Assembly: GCF_009914755.1 (NCBI RefSeq)
Contig: NC_060926.1
Strand: one strand, 5' to 3'
Length of the DNA stretch: 64,000 bases
Source: the human T2T-CHM13v2.0 reference genome, Homo sapiens
Within the stretch, counting starts at the first letter, position 1, and every line of letters begins with the position of its first letter. A program made the translations under genes and the position numbers. This document shows, one piece after another, positions 25,203-40,716 of the stretch. The notes under the pieces are model-generated. The model saw nothing but the letters and a program-made list of their open reading frames with translations. It searched no databases and was not told the DNA's origin.

Positions 25203-27989
25203 TTAGAATCAGGCTTCTGAATTTACAAAAAAAGATTTACAATTTTGATTGGGTTTACATTGAATCTATAATTAATTTGGGGAAAACTGACAATGGTATT
25301 GAGTCTCTATTACTTGACTTTTTTTCTTTCCTCCATCATTTGTGGTTGTCAGCATAGAGATCCTGCATAATTTTTGTTAAGTTCACTTTGTGTTTTTGGT
25401 GTCATTGCAAATGTAACTTTAAAAAAGTTTCAATTCTCAGTTCTTCACTGTTACTATATAGAAATACAGTAGATGTCTGTATGTCTCAAACCTCTCTAGA
25501 GTCAATTATTAGTTTAAGCAACTATTTCTGTAGGCGATCTCTCTTTTTCTCTCCTTACCTTCCTCCCTCTTTCTTTCCTTCCTTTCTTGCCTCATTTTTG
25601 GTGCGATAACTTTCAATATGATGTTTAATAGGAGTGGTGAATATGAACTTCCATACTTCATTCCTAATCTTAGAGGAAACATGGCAGTCTTTTACCATTA
25701 CAAATGATGTTATCTGTAAATGTTTTGCAGATATATTTATCAGATTAAGGCCGTTCACTTCTATACGTACTTAGCTGAGAGTTTTGAACATGAATGGATG
25801 TTGAATTTTATTAATGTGTATTGACAATACATATTATATTAAATGCTTTTAGAATATTGAGGACACTTGTATTTATTTTCATGAAGGATAGTAGTCTGTG
25901 GTTTTCTTTTCTTGTAATTTCTTAATCTGGTTTTGGAATTGAGGTAATCCTGGATTAACAAAATTAGTTAGGAAATGTTCCCTCTTCCTCTGTAATCTGG
26001 AAGATTCCATGTAAAAGAAGTATTATTTCTTACTTAAGTGAGTGTGCTGGATCTAGTTATGTTAATTTTGTATTTGACTTGCTTAGGTTTTCCCAAGATT
26101 CTTAAAACTGGGACTACTGTCTTTCATTAATTTTGGAACATTATTGGTCATTATACATTAAAATGCTTTTTCTACTCAATTCTCTATCTCTTTGACTTTT
26201 GGAACTCCAATAATGCATACATTAGACTGTGCACCATTGTTCCATAGCTCTTTGATCCTGTTATTTTCTTGACTTTTTGTATGTGTGTTTCTTGTCTTCA
26301 AGTTCACTGATTCTTTCCTGTGCTGTATCCAGTCTACTGATAAGCCCAACTAAGCAATTTTTATCTCTAATGTCTTATCTTTCATTTTAGCATTTTCATT
26401 TGTCATTTTCTTACAGTTTCTCTTGTAAGTTCCCCCATTTGTTCATACATGTACACCATCTTTTTTTTTCACTAAACTCCTTAGCATTTTTTACTGTAGT
26501 TTTTAAAATTATTAGTATGATATATACAAAATCTCGCTCTCTGGTTGTCTTTATATCTTTATTGTTTGACAATGGCTGTGTGTGTATGTGTCATATTTTT
26601 GGAGAATGCCAAACATTCTGTGTAAAAGAACCCTACAGACAGAAGTAAATAATAGTTACTCCTGGAAATGAGCATGTTTGTCAGTTTTGTCTATTGTTTA
26701 GCTGTGCCTGGGTTTTCTTGTCACTATAGCTACTTTGAGTATGCACATATTTCAAATTCCTCTTGTAATGGACTGCAGCTACCTTGTGCTTAGTATGAAC
26801 ACTGGAGTATCGGAGTATGTTTCCATGTCCTTTTAGCAGATCATACACAGCTGTACTATAGAGAGGGTCCCTCTCTGTACTCCTGCCTTCTCCCACCAGT
26901 ACACTGTTCTTGTTTATTACTTGGTACAAGACTCATGTTAGGACAGAGCGATTGTCTTATTTCTCCTGCTGAATTAGACTCCGTGTTATTTGAGCCACAG
27001 GAAATAGATATTTTTGCATTTCTGACTTTTCCTACCATGGGAACAAAACTTTATTTATAACAGTAGAGTCTTGGTATGAGCATATTTTCTCCTTTTCTCC
27101 ATTGGCTTCTCCCTTTTTCTGCCTTGCTCTGTCTGAGGAAGGATAGTTCCTCAGTTCCTGTGTCCTATCTGTCTCTCCCCAGAAGGGCTTGGACATTTCA
27201 GCATTCAGTTCATCCAGTTGCCTTGAGATGTCAGCTCTCAGATAGGCTTCCAGAAAGGTTTAGGATCTGTGGATTATGCAGCTTTTTCTTGCTGCTAGTG
27301 TGGGAGGGACCATTTCTTGGAATTTTCTGTATTCTGTGAACCCAGGCAGGATTTTAACCAAAAATTGGTACATATTTGGTGATGGAAGAGGAGGAAGGGG
27401 ATGAATCAGCTAAAATACTCCTCTGCTAAGTAAATGACTAAGGATGATGCTTACAATTGATGACTCACCAGACTGCAATGAAGGTAAATAATATAATAAT
27501 GTTAGAAGATTTGTAAGTGGTTGCCTCTGAGAAGGAAAGTGGTGGTCGTAAACTACTGAGGAGTAAACCAGTATGGAAGAGAAGCAAGTAACTTCTTTTA
27601 CGTTTCAAGCTTTTGGCGTTACTTTTTGCATGCCTTATAGGTGTTATTTTGACCAGAATTACTTTTTTAAAATTTATTAAATTTTTTTTTACAGTTGAGG
27701 AAACATCTTTTTTCTTTTTAAACTGGGAGGAATTTTGTTGCTTTAGAGAAAAAGAAAAAAATCATAGTCAAATGTAGAACATCCAAGTGATACAAAAACA
27801 TTCAAAAAGAAAGGAAAAAAACACAAAAAAGAAAAAAAACCCCACAAATATCCATTACTTAGAATCAATTATGGTCAACATCTTGTAATAATCTTTCTAG
27901 AAATTCTCCACACAATTACAATTGGATGAATAAATAGATTGAGAAGTTATATATATTATGTTATAGTTTTCCGTTAAAAAATGGTATGT

Positions 27990-28382
27990 ATTTTCTTAAT
28001 CCAGTCTATCATTGTTGGACATTTGGGTTGGTTTACTATGCAGCCATAAAAAAGGATAAGTTCATGTCCTTTGTAGGGACATGGATGAAGCTGGAAACCA
28101 TCATTCTGAGCAAACTATCACAAGGACAGAAAACCAAACACTGCATGTTCTCACTCATAGGTGGGAATTGAACAATGAGATCACCTGGACACAGGGCAGG
28201 GAACATCACACACCGGGGCCTGACGTGGGGTGGGGGTAGTGGGGAGGGATAGCATTAGGAGAAATACCTAATGTAAATGATGAGTTAATGGGTGCAGCAC
28301 ACCAACATGGCACATGTATACATATGTAACAAACCTGCACGTTGTGCACATGTACCCTAGAATTTAAAGTATAATACAAAAA
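27990..28382 (+). mobile_element. L1PA (approx. L1PA5) 3' end with a 44-bp 5' inversion
   Basis: 27990-28033 is antisense L1 and 28034-28382 is sense 3' UTR; TSD ggtatgtatt at 27983-27992 and 28383-28392. Confidence 0.92.
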
Positions 28383-28442
28383 GGTATGTATTAAAAACCA
28401 ATGAATATACTAATTTACTTATTAACCCATAGTTTATTATTA

Positions 28443-28746
<304 letters not shown>

Positions 28747-28754
28747 CATAGTTT

Positions 28755-28882
28755 ATTATTATACAGAAATTAAAAATGCAACCCAGAGGGGTTCGAATTT
28801 TTCCCTTAAACACCACAACTAATTTATGACAGAGTCAGGACTAGTATTCAGATTTTTTGACAGTAACGTCTGTGTTTTTTCC
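28755..28882 (-). mobile_element. MIR fragment
   Basis: caccacaactaatttatgacagagtcaggactagtattcagattttttgac. Confidence 0.55.
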
Positions 28883-30092
28883 AACTCAGTAGGTTGTTTA
28901 TTATTTGGGTTTTTGACACTACTGGCTTTTTGCAAGCTATTATAATGAATTCTCACTAGTTTTGCAAGATATATTTTCTTGAGTCATATCTGGCTTTGCC
29001 ACCTAATTAACCCTTAACTATATTTGATAATTTTAAGTAAGAGAAAAATGTTCTTACTGCAGACAAGGATCCAAAAAAGAAGGATTTTAAAGGTCAGACT
29101 ATTGTTGTGAATCCAGAATCTGTGCATAAATAGATTTTTTAAGTAATGGAGCGAACAGTGATCCCAAACAAGCTAGATTCAAATTCATATTTATTCAAAC
29201 ATTTTTACAGTGACTTTGATAAGTAAAAGTGTCTATACATTTACCAATTAGTGGCTATCAACTGGGGGAAAGCATTTCAAAGAAACTTTAAAATCTTAAA
29301 TATTTTTTAAAAGTCTGTAGAAGGGCTTCTTTAAGCATTCTGACCATGAATAGTTCTAATCATCTAAGTTATAATTAATATATGTATTTCCCAAGAGAAT
29401 AAAATTGAAAAAGGCTTTCCTCTTTTTAATTTTTCTTCTTAAATTTTCATAGCAATATACTGACAGATAGTAATAGAACTTCCACTTCACCTTCAATTTG
29501 AAAGGCTTAACTATATTAGATATCGATATGGACAAAAGTGTTGATTATTCATTTATTGTTCATTATTATCTCAAAGTGTTCTTCTTGTATGCTGTCATTC
29601 ATTTAAAAATTGAGGAAAGAACAATTGCAATGCTGTGTTAAGATATTTTGAGGAAGAAATGCCCTCAGATATTTTTATTGTACATCTTGATGGTTTTGGT
29701 CTATTGAAACCATCTTCCATTATTTCAAACAAAATTATAACATCATCTATAATTGGAAGTGTTCTTACTCTCACTCCACATTTTACATCTTGATTAGGAG
29801 TTTAAAGAACAGGGCCTGATTATGATGGTAACATCCAGCCATCTGCAAGTCAAAGGAAAATCCATTCTAAATTGTAAGTAGTGTGGGAAAGCCCAAAGAA
29901 GATCTAGGTTTTTTCCATGCTGGATCTCAATGCTCTTTTTGCACTCCAAATAATTTCTTATAAATTTTTATGACCTCTGGATTCTTTTCATTTGCAGATG
30001 CCTTATTGGGTGATTCAGCACAAGTATGATGATACTTTCTTTTGGAAGTTTTGGAGATTTAATCATTTCAGATGTAGACGGTCAGTTCTAGG

Positions 30093-30206
30093 TAGGGTGA
30101 CCAACTGGTCCCAGTTGGCTCAAGAGTGTCTTGATTTTAAACCTGGAAGTCTTGCATCATGGAAACCCACTAAGTCCCTGGTGAACTGGGATGTTTGGTC
30201 ACCCTA
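30093..30206 (+). mobile_element. MER81 (hAT-Blackjack MITE), full length 114 bp
   Basis: TIRs tagggtgaccaa...ttggtcacccta; degenerate 8-bp TSD gttctagg/ctttgagg. Confidence 0.88.
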
Positions 30207-30315
30207 CTTTGAGGTGGCAGGAGCTCATTTTTATACGGAATGTCTAGCATGCTTAGTAAAATTAGAATAGAATTTTGTTAAGGCTGTGTTTCTGATGACT
30301 CATTTTACAAATATA

Positions 30316-30746
30316 CAGTTGACCCTGGAATAATACTGTGTGGGTTCAATTATATGTGAATTTTCTTCTGCCTTTATCACCCTTGAGACAACAAGACCAA
30401 CCCCTCCTCTTCCTATTCAGCCTCCTCAACATGAAGATGATGAGGATGAAGACGTTTGTGATGATCTTTCACTTGATGAATAGTAAATGTGATGTATTTT
30501 CTCTTCCTTATGATTTTCCTTATAATATTTTCTGTAGCTTACTTTATTGTAAGAAAACAGTATATAATACATACAACATATAAAATATGTGTTAGTCTAC
30601 TGTTTATGTTATTGGTATGGCTTCTGGTCAACAGTAGGCTATTGATAGTTAAGCTTTTAGGGAGTCAAAAGTTATATAGGATGCTTTTTGACTGTGTCAG
30701 AGATTGGCACTCTTAGCCTCCATGGCATTGGAACATGGGTTAACTG
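30316..30746 (+). mobile_element. Tigger2a (MER28), full length
   Basis: TIRs cagttgaccc...gggttaactg with TA on both sides. Confidence 0.92.
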
Positions 30747-31245
30747 TACTTAGCAACTATGTGAATGAATGGATCTTTCCCCAAAATATCACCTTTCCCC
30801 TGCCCACTGGCCAAAGATTATGGATACTTCCTTTGTTACACAATGGTTCATTCCTTGCTGATATATAAACATTTCAAAACATTTCACTTCAGGCTGCTTA
30901 TCTTTATTCACTAGAATGAATGACGTCTAGGTGTTTCCTTAGGAATAATTGGTAGGAAATATTGGGTTCTATGAAAATATAGCACTGAAATCCAAATTTA
31001 TCTCTATTTCTATTTCATGAATTAGTTGCATTCAAGCAAACAACTGCTTAGAAGATTGAAATTTCGCATTTTGATTAAAATGTCTTACTTTTTAAACAAT
31101 TTAATAAAACTTCAATGTTATCAGCTTTTTCTGTAGAACCACAGTACTATTTTAAATTCTTATTCATAATTACCAGGATACATTAAAGTAAAATTTATAT
31201 TCTTGGTAAAATATCGGACTATTGTATGATTAAATTATAGGTGTT

Positions 31246-31518
31246 GGCTGGGTGTGGGGGCTCACGCCTATAATCCTGGCATTTTGGGAGGCTGAGTGGG
31301 GTGGATTGCTTGAGCTCCGGAGTTTGAGACCAGCTTGGGAAACATGGTGAAACCCTGTCTCTATAAAAAATACAAAAAGTACCTGGGTGGGGTGGCTCAC
31401 GCCTGTAATTTCAGCTATTTGGGAGGCTGAGCCCAGGGAAGTCAGGCTCCTGTGAGTCATGATCACGCTACTGCACTCTATCCTGGGTGACACAGTGAGA
31501 CTTTGTCTTGGAAAAAAA
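31246..31518 (+). mobile_element. AluJ with an internal deletion in the right arm
   Basis: ggattgcttgagc J diagnostic; TSD aaatta(t/c)a(g/a)gtgtt at 31232-31245 and 31519-31532. Confidence 0.92.
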
Positions 31519-32339
31519 AAATTACAAGTGTTTGTGTCTACTGTCTTCACTGCTTATTTTAGTTTAACCACTACTTTCTAATTTATTTAATGATATATCA
31601 CATAATTATAGTTTGTTCTCAAATTAAGATTTTCTTTTAAGTGCTAGCATAACTTATTGACACATATATAAAGATCTGAGCACAAATACAAAGTAGAAGG
31701 ATAGAAAGTCTTACAATGGCATGTTAATGATTGTTGATACTATTCATGGCATTGAACTCTCAGGAACAGGATTGGTACCACAGGTTTCTGCAAATTCCTG
31801 TACTTCTTAGTCTCCTTTTCCCTTCCTACTTTTATTTCTATTTTTTATTAGTAGGTAGTGTGAATCTCTGTCCCAGTTGAAATGCATATTCATTTTCTTG
31901 TTAGTACATAGGAAACAGTGACTGCTGTTATAGAGAAGTATTATTTTGATTTTGCATGCTTTCTGTTCTGTCATAATCACCTATTCCCAGAGTTGCTTTG
32001 AAATTATGGATAATTCAAGTGAGCTTACTAATCAGATTTCTAGTTTCTGGCTCACTTCCTTGACTTTCCTCATAAGCATATTCCATACCCTCATCCCTCT
32101 GTTCAAGTCTCCAGGCACTTGTCTCCCTCATCTCCGGCACGTCCTTGCCTAGTCCCAGCCAAGGACACTGCTTCCTGCGTTACAGAGAAAGCAGACCCTT
32201 TCAGGCATACGTTGCTCAGGCATACATTGCCTTGAACATCAGCCTCTCCCTCCACAAATTAATTCCTATTTACATTGTTTCTTCCTTATCATTTCAGATT
32301 TTAAAAATGCCACCTCACCAGTCCCATCTCTTGAATCTC

Positions 32340-32440
32340 TCTGAGCAGGACTTTGTGGTTTATTTCTGCACCTATAGGGCCCATCCTTATACTCAGGGCA
32401 TGTTAGGTAGTCAGTAATTTAATGGAATGAATGAGTGAAC
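32340..32440 (+). mobile_element. LINE-2 3' end
   Basis: gagcaggactttgt...taggtagtcagtaatttaatggaatgaatgagtgaa. Confidence 0.6.
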
Positions 32441-33059
32441 ACTAGGCAGTGTTAGGGAATACTAGACATGAACAATCAATAGTAAAATGAAGATTAAAAT
32501 TTATTTTGATTTCTAATCAGATATATTAAAGTAGTTCTTAAACAGAGTGTTGCAGGTACTTATCAAATGAGCAAATTGCATTTGATATTGAAATCATAAT
32601 TCCACAAACAACTATCTGTCCCCAGGTACCCTCTGATCTCAAGTAAATGGGATTTCTATGCCTTCAAATCAATTACAGAGAGATTTAGGGCATTGTTTTA
32701 TCTTTTATAGGACTAAGATTAATTTATGAAAATGTGGTTTAGAGATACTTTCAAATGTGATTGATGATTTTGATTTCCACTGGTATTGCTATGAAATCAC
32801 ATGGAATTAAACTGGTCACATTAAATGACCTAACATTTGCGTATGCATAATAATGTTTTAAAGATTGAAACGTGTTTCCTGCGTTGAGAAAGGGAATTCT
32901 TAAGATGTATTTAAAATGTATTCAACTGATGCTAGTGAACTAGAAAATTTTCTGCATTACATTGTTTTTCAAGATGAAAATAGCTTCACTAAATTATATT
33001 ATAAAATAATGTGTTTATAAAAAATCATATGCATTCATAAATGAATTGGATAATTCAGA

Positions 33060-33452
33060 AAAGTGAATATGACTACCCATAAATGATCACTATTACTGTT
33101 TCTATATATAGTCTACACACATTTTTGAATATGTTTTACAAAAGTGGATTCATACTATTTTGTAAATTTCATTTTTTTAAAACAATATGCTATGAGCAAC
33201 TTTCCATGCTAATAAGGGTAATTCCACATCCTCACTTTTAATGGCTCCAAAGCATTCAACTGGTGAAAGCACAAAAAAAAATTCAACCAATTTCTTATGG
33301 TTGGACCATAAAATTTTAAAGATTATGCCACTAATATAAAAATGCCGTGTAAAATATCAAAATGCATTTATTTTTCTACACATTTGATAATTTCATTAGG
33401 ATAAATACCTGAAAGTAGAAATGCACATTCAAAGGACATATGCATATTTAAG
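33060..33452 (-). mobile_element. L1ME-like 3' fragment
   Basis: caaaagtggattcatactat...tttccatg...cattaggataaatacctgaaagtagaaatgc. Confidence 0.6.
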
Positions 33453-33458
33453 GATCTA

Positions 33459-33464
<6 letters not shown>

Positions 33465-33510
<46 letters not shown>

Positions 33511-33512
33511 TA
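33465..33512 (+). repeat. (TG)19 followed by cgcgcatgta; alternating purine-pyrimidine tract
   Basis: Read directly from the sequence; Z-DNA-prone composition. Confidence 0.95.
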
Positions 33513-34335
33513 GCCCAAGTATGGTGATTTCATCCAGCTGATTGGTCAAGTCAAAGAATGACATGTCATGTATTTTTGGCCAATGAACATAAGGGAAGTT
33601 GGCTGGGGCATCTTAGAATTGTTTTATAGCTATGAAAACTATTTATGAACTGGAACTTTTCTTTGGCCTCTAGTCTCCAGTGTTGATGTCTGAAACTATG
33701 ATAGATTTAGGTTCATGAGGAAGCCAGCCAGTAAGAAAAGACATACTCTCCAAGAATGGCACAGTGATAAAGATGGCAAGATCCTGATGATGGCAATAAG
33801 CCAGTGAATCCACCAATCCTTGACTCACCTTGCCTCCATAGTTTTGTTATTTATTTAATGAAAACCCTTTAGCATAAGGCAGAATTCTCAAAGTGAGAAT
33901 ATGAGAGGTTCTTGAGACCCTTTTAGAAAGTCAATGAATTCAAAACTATTTTCAAATTATTCTATGAAAATATTTGCCCTTTTCTCTCTCATTCTTCAGC
34001 TTACACAGTGGAATTTTTCAGAGGCTAGGTGATGTGTAATTTGGCAACAGATTGAATACAGAAGCAGATATGAGAATCCAGCTGTCTTCTATAAACCAGA
34101 CATTAAAAGATTAGTAAATATGTAAAATGATTCTCATTAAAGTTTTGGAAAAATTTTCTAAGAATGGATTATTTATGTTAACATGTGATGGGTTTATTTT
34201 GTTATTTTTAAATGAATTAGTCGGTATATTCTTAAAAATATATCATTTTTATTTCTGGTATAGTAAATACTAATAGAAAAAATCCAAATAAACAAAAGCT
34301 TTTGGAAACCTCAAACATTTTTAAGAATTTGTGGG

Positions 34336-35014
<679 letters not shown>

Positions 35015-37435
35015 GGGATCCTGAGACCAAAGTTTTTGAGAACCACTGGCCTAAACCAATGTCATTTCATTGTCTTTTGGCAGTGAATAAGACAACATTG
35101 TTGTTTTTTACAATAAACAATGTTATTATTTGACAATAAATAAGAATTGTTTTTGAAGGAGGTAATGGTGGTAAGTCCAAACTAACACTGTTGCCAGAAT
35201 GATTTTAGAATTTGAATTTATCCTTAAAGGATATTAACTAGCTCAGAAATGTTTCCATGTTGTAAAATGACTAAGCATATTTTTCTCTGTCTTTTCTTCT
35301 TCATTTTTTTCCCATTAATTTTGTATGAGATACAGAGATCCCTTTCATCTACAAATGTTTATTTTTTCCTTTCAAATTTTCTCTTTTTTCTTTCAACTTA
35401 CTGCCTGTCATCTTTTATTGACTCTTGAGTCTTTCTCTACATTTTCTCTTCTCTTTTCTCATATCATTGTTTTCCTCTGCTCTTTCATCTTGGTTCTAGG
35501 AAAATTGCTTGTCTGGTCTCTACAATATTGATTACATTTAAAACAGCATCAATTTTGCTTCAATTTAGTTTGCCATTCCTATAGTTTGTTTTTAGTATTC
35601 TTGAAATATTTCTTTATCCTTTCCATCTATCTAATTGTGCTTTCCTATCCCTTGTTTTCTTTTCTATCCCTTGGATATTTTTTCTTGTAAGGACAATTTC
35701 TTGTGGTATTCTGTGGAGGAGATCAACTTTTAATGGATTGTTCAGTGCCTTTGTTCCTTTTTTTTTTTTTTTTACAGCATTTTCCCCCAGATCCCTATTT
35801 TCATAACATGCCCTATTTTCATTTTACTATCATTAAACAAGGAAAAGTCCATACAGACTTGTGTCTGAGAGATCAAGGAGGTTACACATAGTTGGCTCCT
35901 TTTCTCCTGATAGTGTGATTTTTATCTGCTTCTCAGTTTATAGCTGGAATTGGGGGGAGGCTGGTGCACTGACCTTTACTGCTAATGAAACCACAGTAAT
36001 ATTTACTTCTGCCCTGAATAGTGGTCTTCTTTTATCTCCATAGTGTAGTCCTCTGGAACTCTGGGTCAGATGTGAAGCATCCTCTATTCTAGAACATTCT
36101 AGAAACATTCCCTTTGGTCAGTGACACCCCCACACCCAAGCATTTCACCTTTAGGGGTGACTGCAACACTGTTATTTTTCTTTTGCTTTCTGCCCCAAAC
36201 TTTGGAGGAAAACTTAGTACTTTGTTGACAATAGAGTTTGTGAGTGTAGCATGCCTTATTATTTCCTTGAAGTTTTCATGCAGAAATCACCTTTAACACT
36301 GAAGTACCCTCCTTGATGGTATCACATTACCAAGACGTTTTTACTTTCTTGGAGAAATATTTATCCTTGAATAATATTAATATTGAAATTGTTTAGGCTT
36401 AGTTACTTCCATGACGCCCATCTGTTTTCTTTAAATGTATAAAATTACAAAAAAAAATCTCCTAAGTGAATAGGCAAGAAAGTAGCAACTGTTACTGCTA
36501 ATAAGGCCAGCACCGGAAAGTTATAGCACAAATTTCTTTGTCCTGCCCAAGTCTCTTTCTAGGTGTATTTATTGATTTACATGTATTATTTTTAGATCTT
36601 CGCATGATTCAATCTGAATAATTGATGTTCAAATAATTTTAATTCAATAAAATAGCTAATTTAAAACATGTTTTAAACACAAACATTAAAGATTAAGAAC
36701 AATATCACTTTTTTTGGACAAAATAATGATTTGACTTCAGTGCAAAAACTAATTTCATTGCTGACTACTGTTTGTTTTTTTCCTAAGAAAATTTCTCCTT
36801 GCTATATTAATATGCAATAAGATTAGTTCAGAGAAAAGTGTTAGTGTGGAGGATCTTTTGAAAGATGTCTTTAATGGCACCATCGACTTCTGGATAAAAA
36901 AGAGAGTGAATTTCGAGTAATTGGTAGGCTCTACTACGCTAGTATTAGAGTGTCCTTGGGGCATTTTTTTTTCTCACCTTGTTTTCTTTCTAAAAAGGTA
37001 CAAAATATCCAGTAAATTGAAGAGTACCTTTTATTCTTTTACTTGCTGGATATTTTACCCACTGTGTGGATTGTTACATGGTAAGAAATGTAGAAGATGC
37101 AAAAAAAATAATGTAAAGCTTGTTCAGTTTGGAAGTTTGATTAGTTATTATCTAGCATTTCTCGTGCACATTCGTGGTCATTCTACTGGTGGTGTTATAT
37201 TGCATGTGCGGAATCTCTGCAAACTGTATCAGCTTCAACAACTCCCTGATGAACTCTCAATGAAAAGAGTCAGACTCCATGACCCACAGACCCCCAAGAC
37301 ATATTCCAGGACTCAAGTTTTAAATGTGAAAAGTGTGTTTGCAGCAAAAATTCAGTGCTAACTTGTTAAATATTGAGAAAAGACTTTTACATCAAACCTT
37401 TATTAAAGTGGTATCCCAGTTAGAAGTGAATGTGT

Positions 37436-38261
<826 letters not shown>

Positions 38262-40672
38262 ACTGTAGATCATTAACCTTTGAAAAATAATATTTAAATA
38301 AACACCAATGAGGCTTATAAATCAACTTAATTTTAGTTTTTTACTTTTGAACTAACTCAAGCTATTTTTTTGAAATTTAAATTTACTAACGCTTTCTTTA
38401 ACTAGAATATCCTGAAGTTTTCCTGAAATTGGGGATTATCTTTCTTTTTAATGTAAAAATGATGTCTCGCTCTGATATAAACATAAGAAATTCAGTTTCT
38501 TTTCAACTATTGTTGGAAAATTTCAGAGGTTGCTTTCACATCATGTTTGTGGCCTGTCATGCTGAAGGTTGTATTCCCAGGTGCTCTTGTTCTCCCTGGT
38601 AGCATCTGGCCATCTCATTGCTATATCTTCCTGGTGATCTAGTCTTCTCTGGACTCCTTTCCCTGTCCCCGTATGGTCATAACTACTTCTCTTTAAACCC
38701 TAAGGTTACATTAATGTAAGAACACTGTGAAACTAGTGGAAGATTAGCCTTTACTGACTACCAGAGGGTGATAAGGGGCAAGGCATTATACTATTGAATG
38801 GGAAAATCAGTAAAATTAGATATCAGACACCATTGTTTCTGAAATCCACTGCTGAACTTCATCACAGAAAGACCATTAATTTATTTTGTCTCCACCCACT
38901 TGGCCAAGGGCCTCCTTCTGGTCGCTGGGGCAGGCCCTCATTCAGAGCTGCCTTCCTTTTCTGTTTCATCTACTTGCCTCTTTCAGTGCCTGGGACTCCC
39001 GACCCTCCAGCCCACTCACAGGAAGACGCCAAATCATTTTTACAAATGATTTTAAATAAACAGCGTGAGTACAAAAGGTTACTCTTCCCCTTTTCTTTAA
39101 ACTTCATCCTACAGAGCAGTTTAGCCATCTCTGTTCTCACTTCTGCATTCCAGGTTCGGCTGCAGGCCCTGCTTTCGATAGCCACAGTGCCTGTTCCCTG
39201 GGAAATCCTCTCTCTCCTCTGAATGCAGAAATGGTAGCTGTCAGCATGGACACGTGCACGCATGCACACATGCACATTCTCCTTTTGGATTCATGTCACT
39301 CGTTACATTTTGTGGACTATAGGCTTTCAGTATGCTACATGCTTTCATATTATTTAACCATCCTCTTATAAGTGTTATGCATGGAAAACAGATTAATAAA
39401 GAAAAATTGTTAACAGTTTGGAAAGTCTGAGCATCTTTCCCCCTAATAAACCTCTTACATGTGACAGCCCAGAACTAATTTTGCTCAGTCTGATGCCAAG
39501 CCTGTGCCCTGCTGCTACACTAAACTGTATCTCATGATTTTTTTCTGTAGAATGGTGAAAAGATAGAGTAACACCCAGTAAAATACAATGTCACAGGCAT
39601 TGAATGTTCTTAACAAAATAAAATAATTGTGACTTCGTTTTCAAAATGTTTGTATGAAATTATAGAAATACATGGTTGGAATTTCTACCCATGTACAGGA
39701 ACATTTTTGTTTCAAAGGCTGTTGAAATCTGATATCTGTCACATCTGTGATCCAGAAGTCCCTAAGGCCTGAGATTATCCAACAGTGGTGCAAATGAAAT
39801 AGATGTTTCATTGTTTACGAAATGCTCAGTATAAGTGCTGGCAGTGAATGCCAGATTTGAGGAGACTGTATACCATGGTGCCTCTCCCAAACTGCCAAAA
39901 ATACGACAACTGTTAATTCTCAGTATCCCTGAGAAGCAAGCAATTTATAGTATAGAAGTCAAACCCATAAAGGAAATGTTCAGAATCTATGGGTGGATAA
40001 GACTCAAGTCTGTTAGGTGAGCCAAACTTAATTTTTGACTCCTGCTAAGATTGGGAGAATTCTGCTTGTGAAATCCCTCTGGAATCCTACACTATACCCT
40101 GTGTTACAATCACGATGGCCTCATGGAACACTATGTCATCATCTGCAGAAATATACAAATGCTGGATCTTAAATTATTTACTATAATGTGTTTAGAATAT
40201 TAACTATAATTGCTTCATGTCTACTGAGCTTGAATATAAATTTCAGTTTTTTGGATAATAAATTTTGTACTCACCTAAGATTGTATATGCCCAAAATATA
40301 TAATGCACCATGAGAAGAGTAAATTAACAACTTTTCTATCTAATTTTTAATAGATTTCCAGATAATCTTGTTACAGCTTAAATTTTTCTATTTGGTCAAC
40401 TACACAAGGAGAAACTAGGGAGAAAAAGTCCTGTGGAATAGTGGAAAATTCATTAAAATTCTCTGAATAATTTACTCATGGATGCAACTTTACATAGCAT
40501 AATGGTGAAATCAGCACTTACCGATGTAATCCCATGATAATTCAATTAACATTTTTTGACTCAGTTAAAAATTTTCCTAATTAACATCTGCTATAAAATG
40601 TAAAACACAAAAATTAATAGTTGCCTAGAGTTCTGAAGTATGCACTTAGTTGCACACACATTCCAACTGGCA

Positions 40673-40674
<2 letters not shown>

Positions 40675-40714
<40 letters not shown>

Positions 40715-40716
40715 TG
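40675..40716 (+). repeat. (TG)n microsatellite
   Basis: (TG)16 TA (TG)4. Confidence 0.95.

Noticed and set aside
30093-30206. MER81 hairpin as a microRNA precursor
   Set aside because: Only the terminal repeats pair well and the inner arms are decayed; no evidence of expression
36921-37361. 146-aa ORF in unique DNA
   Set aside because: Non-ATG start, no recognisable domain and no clear splice context; the length is compatible with chance
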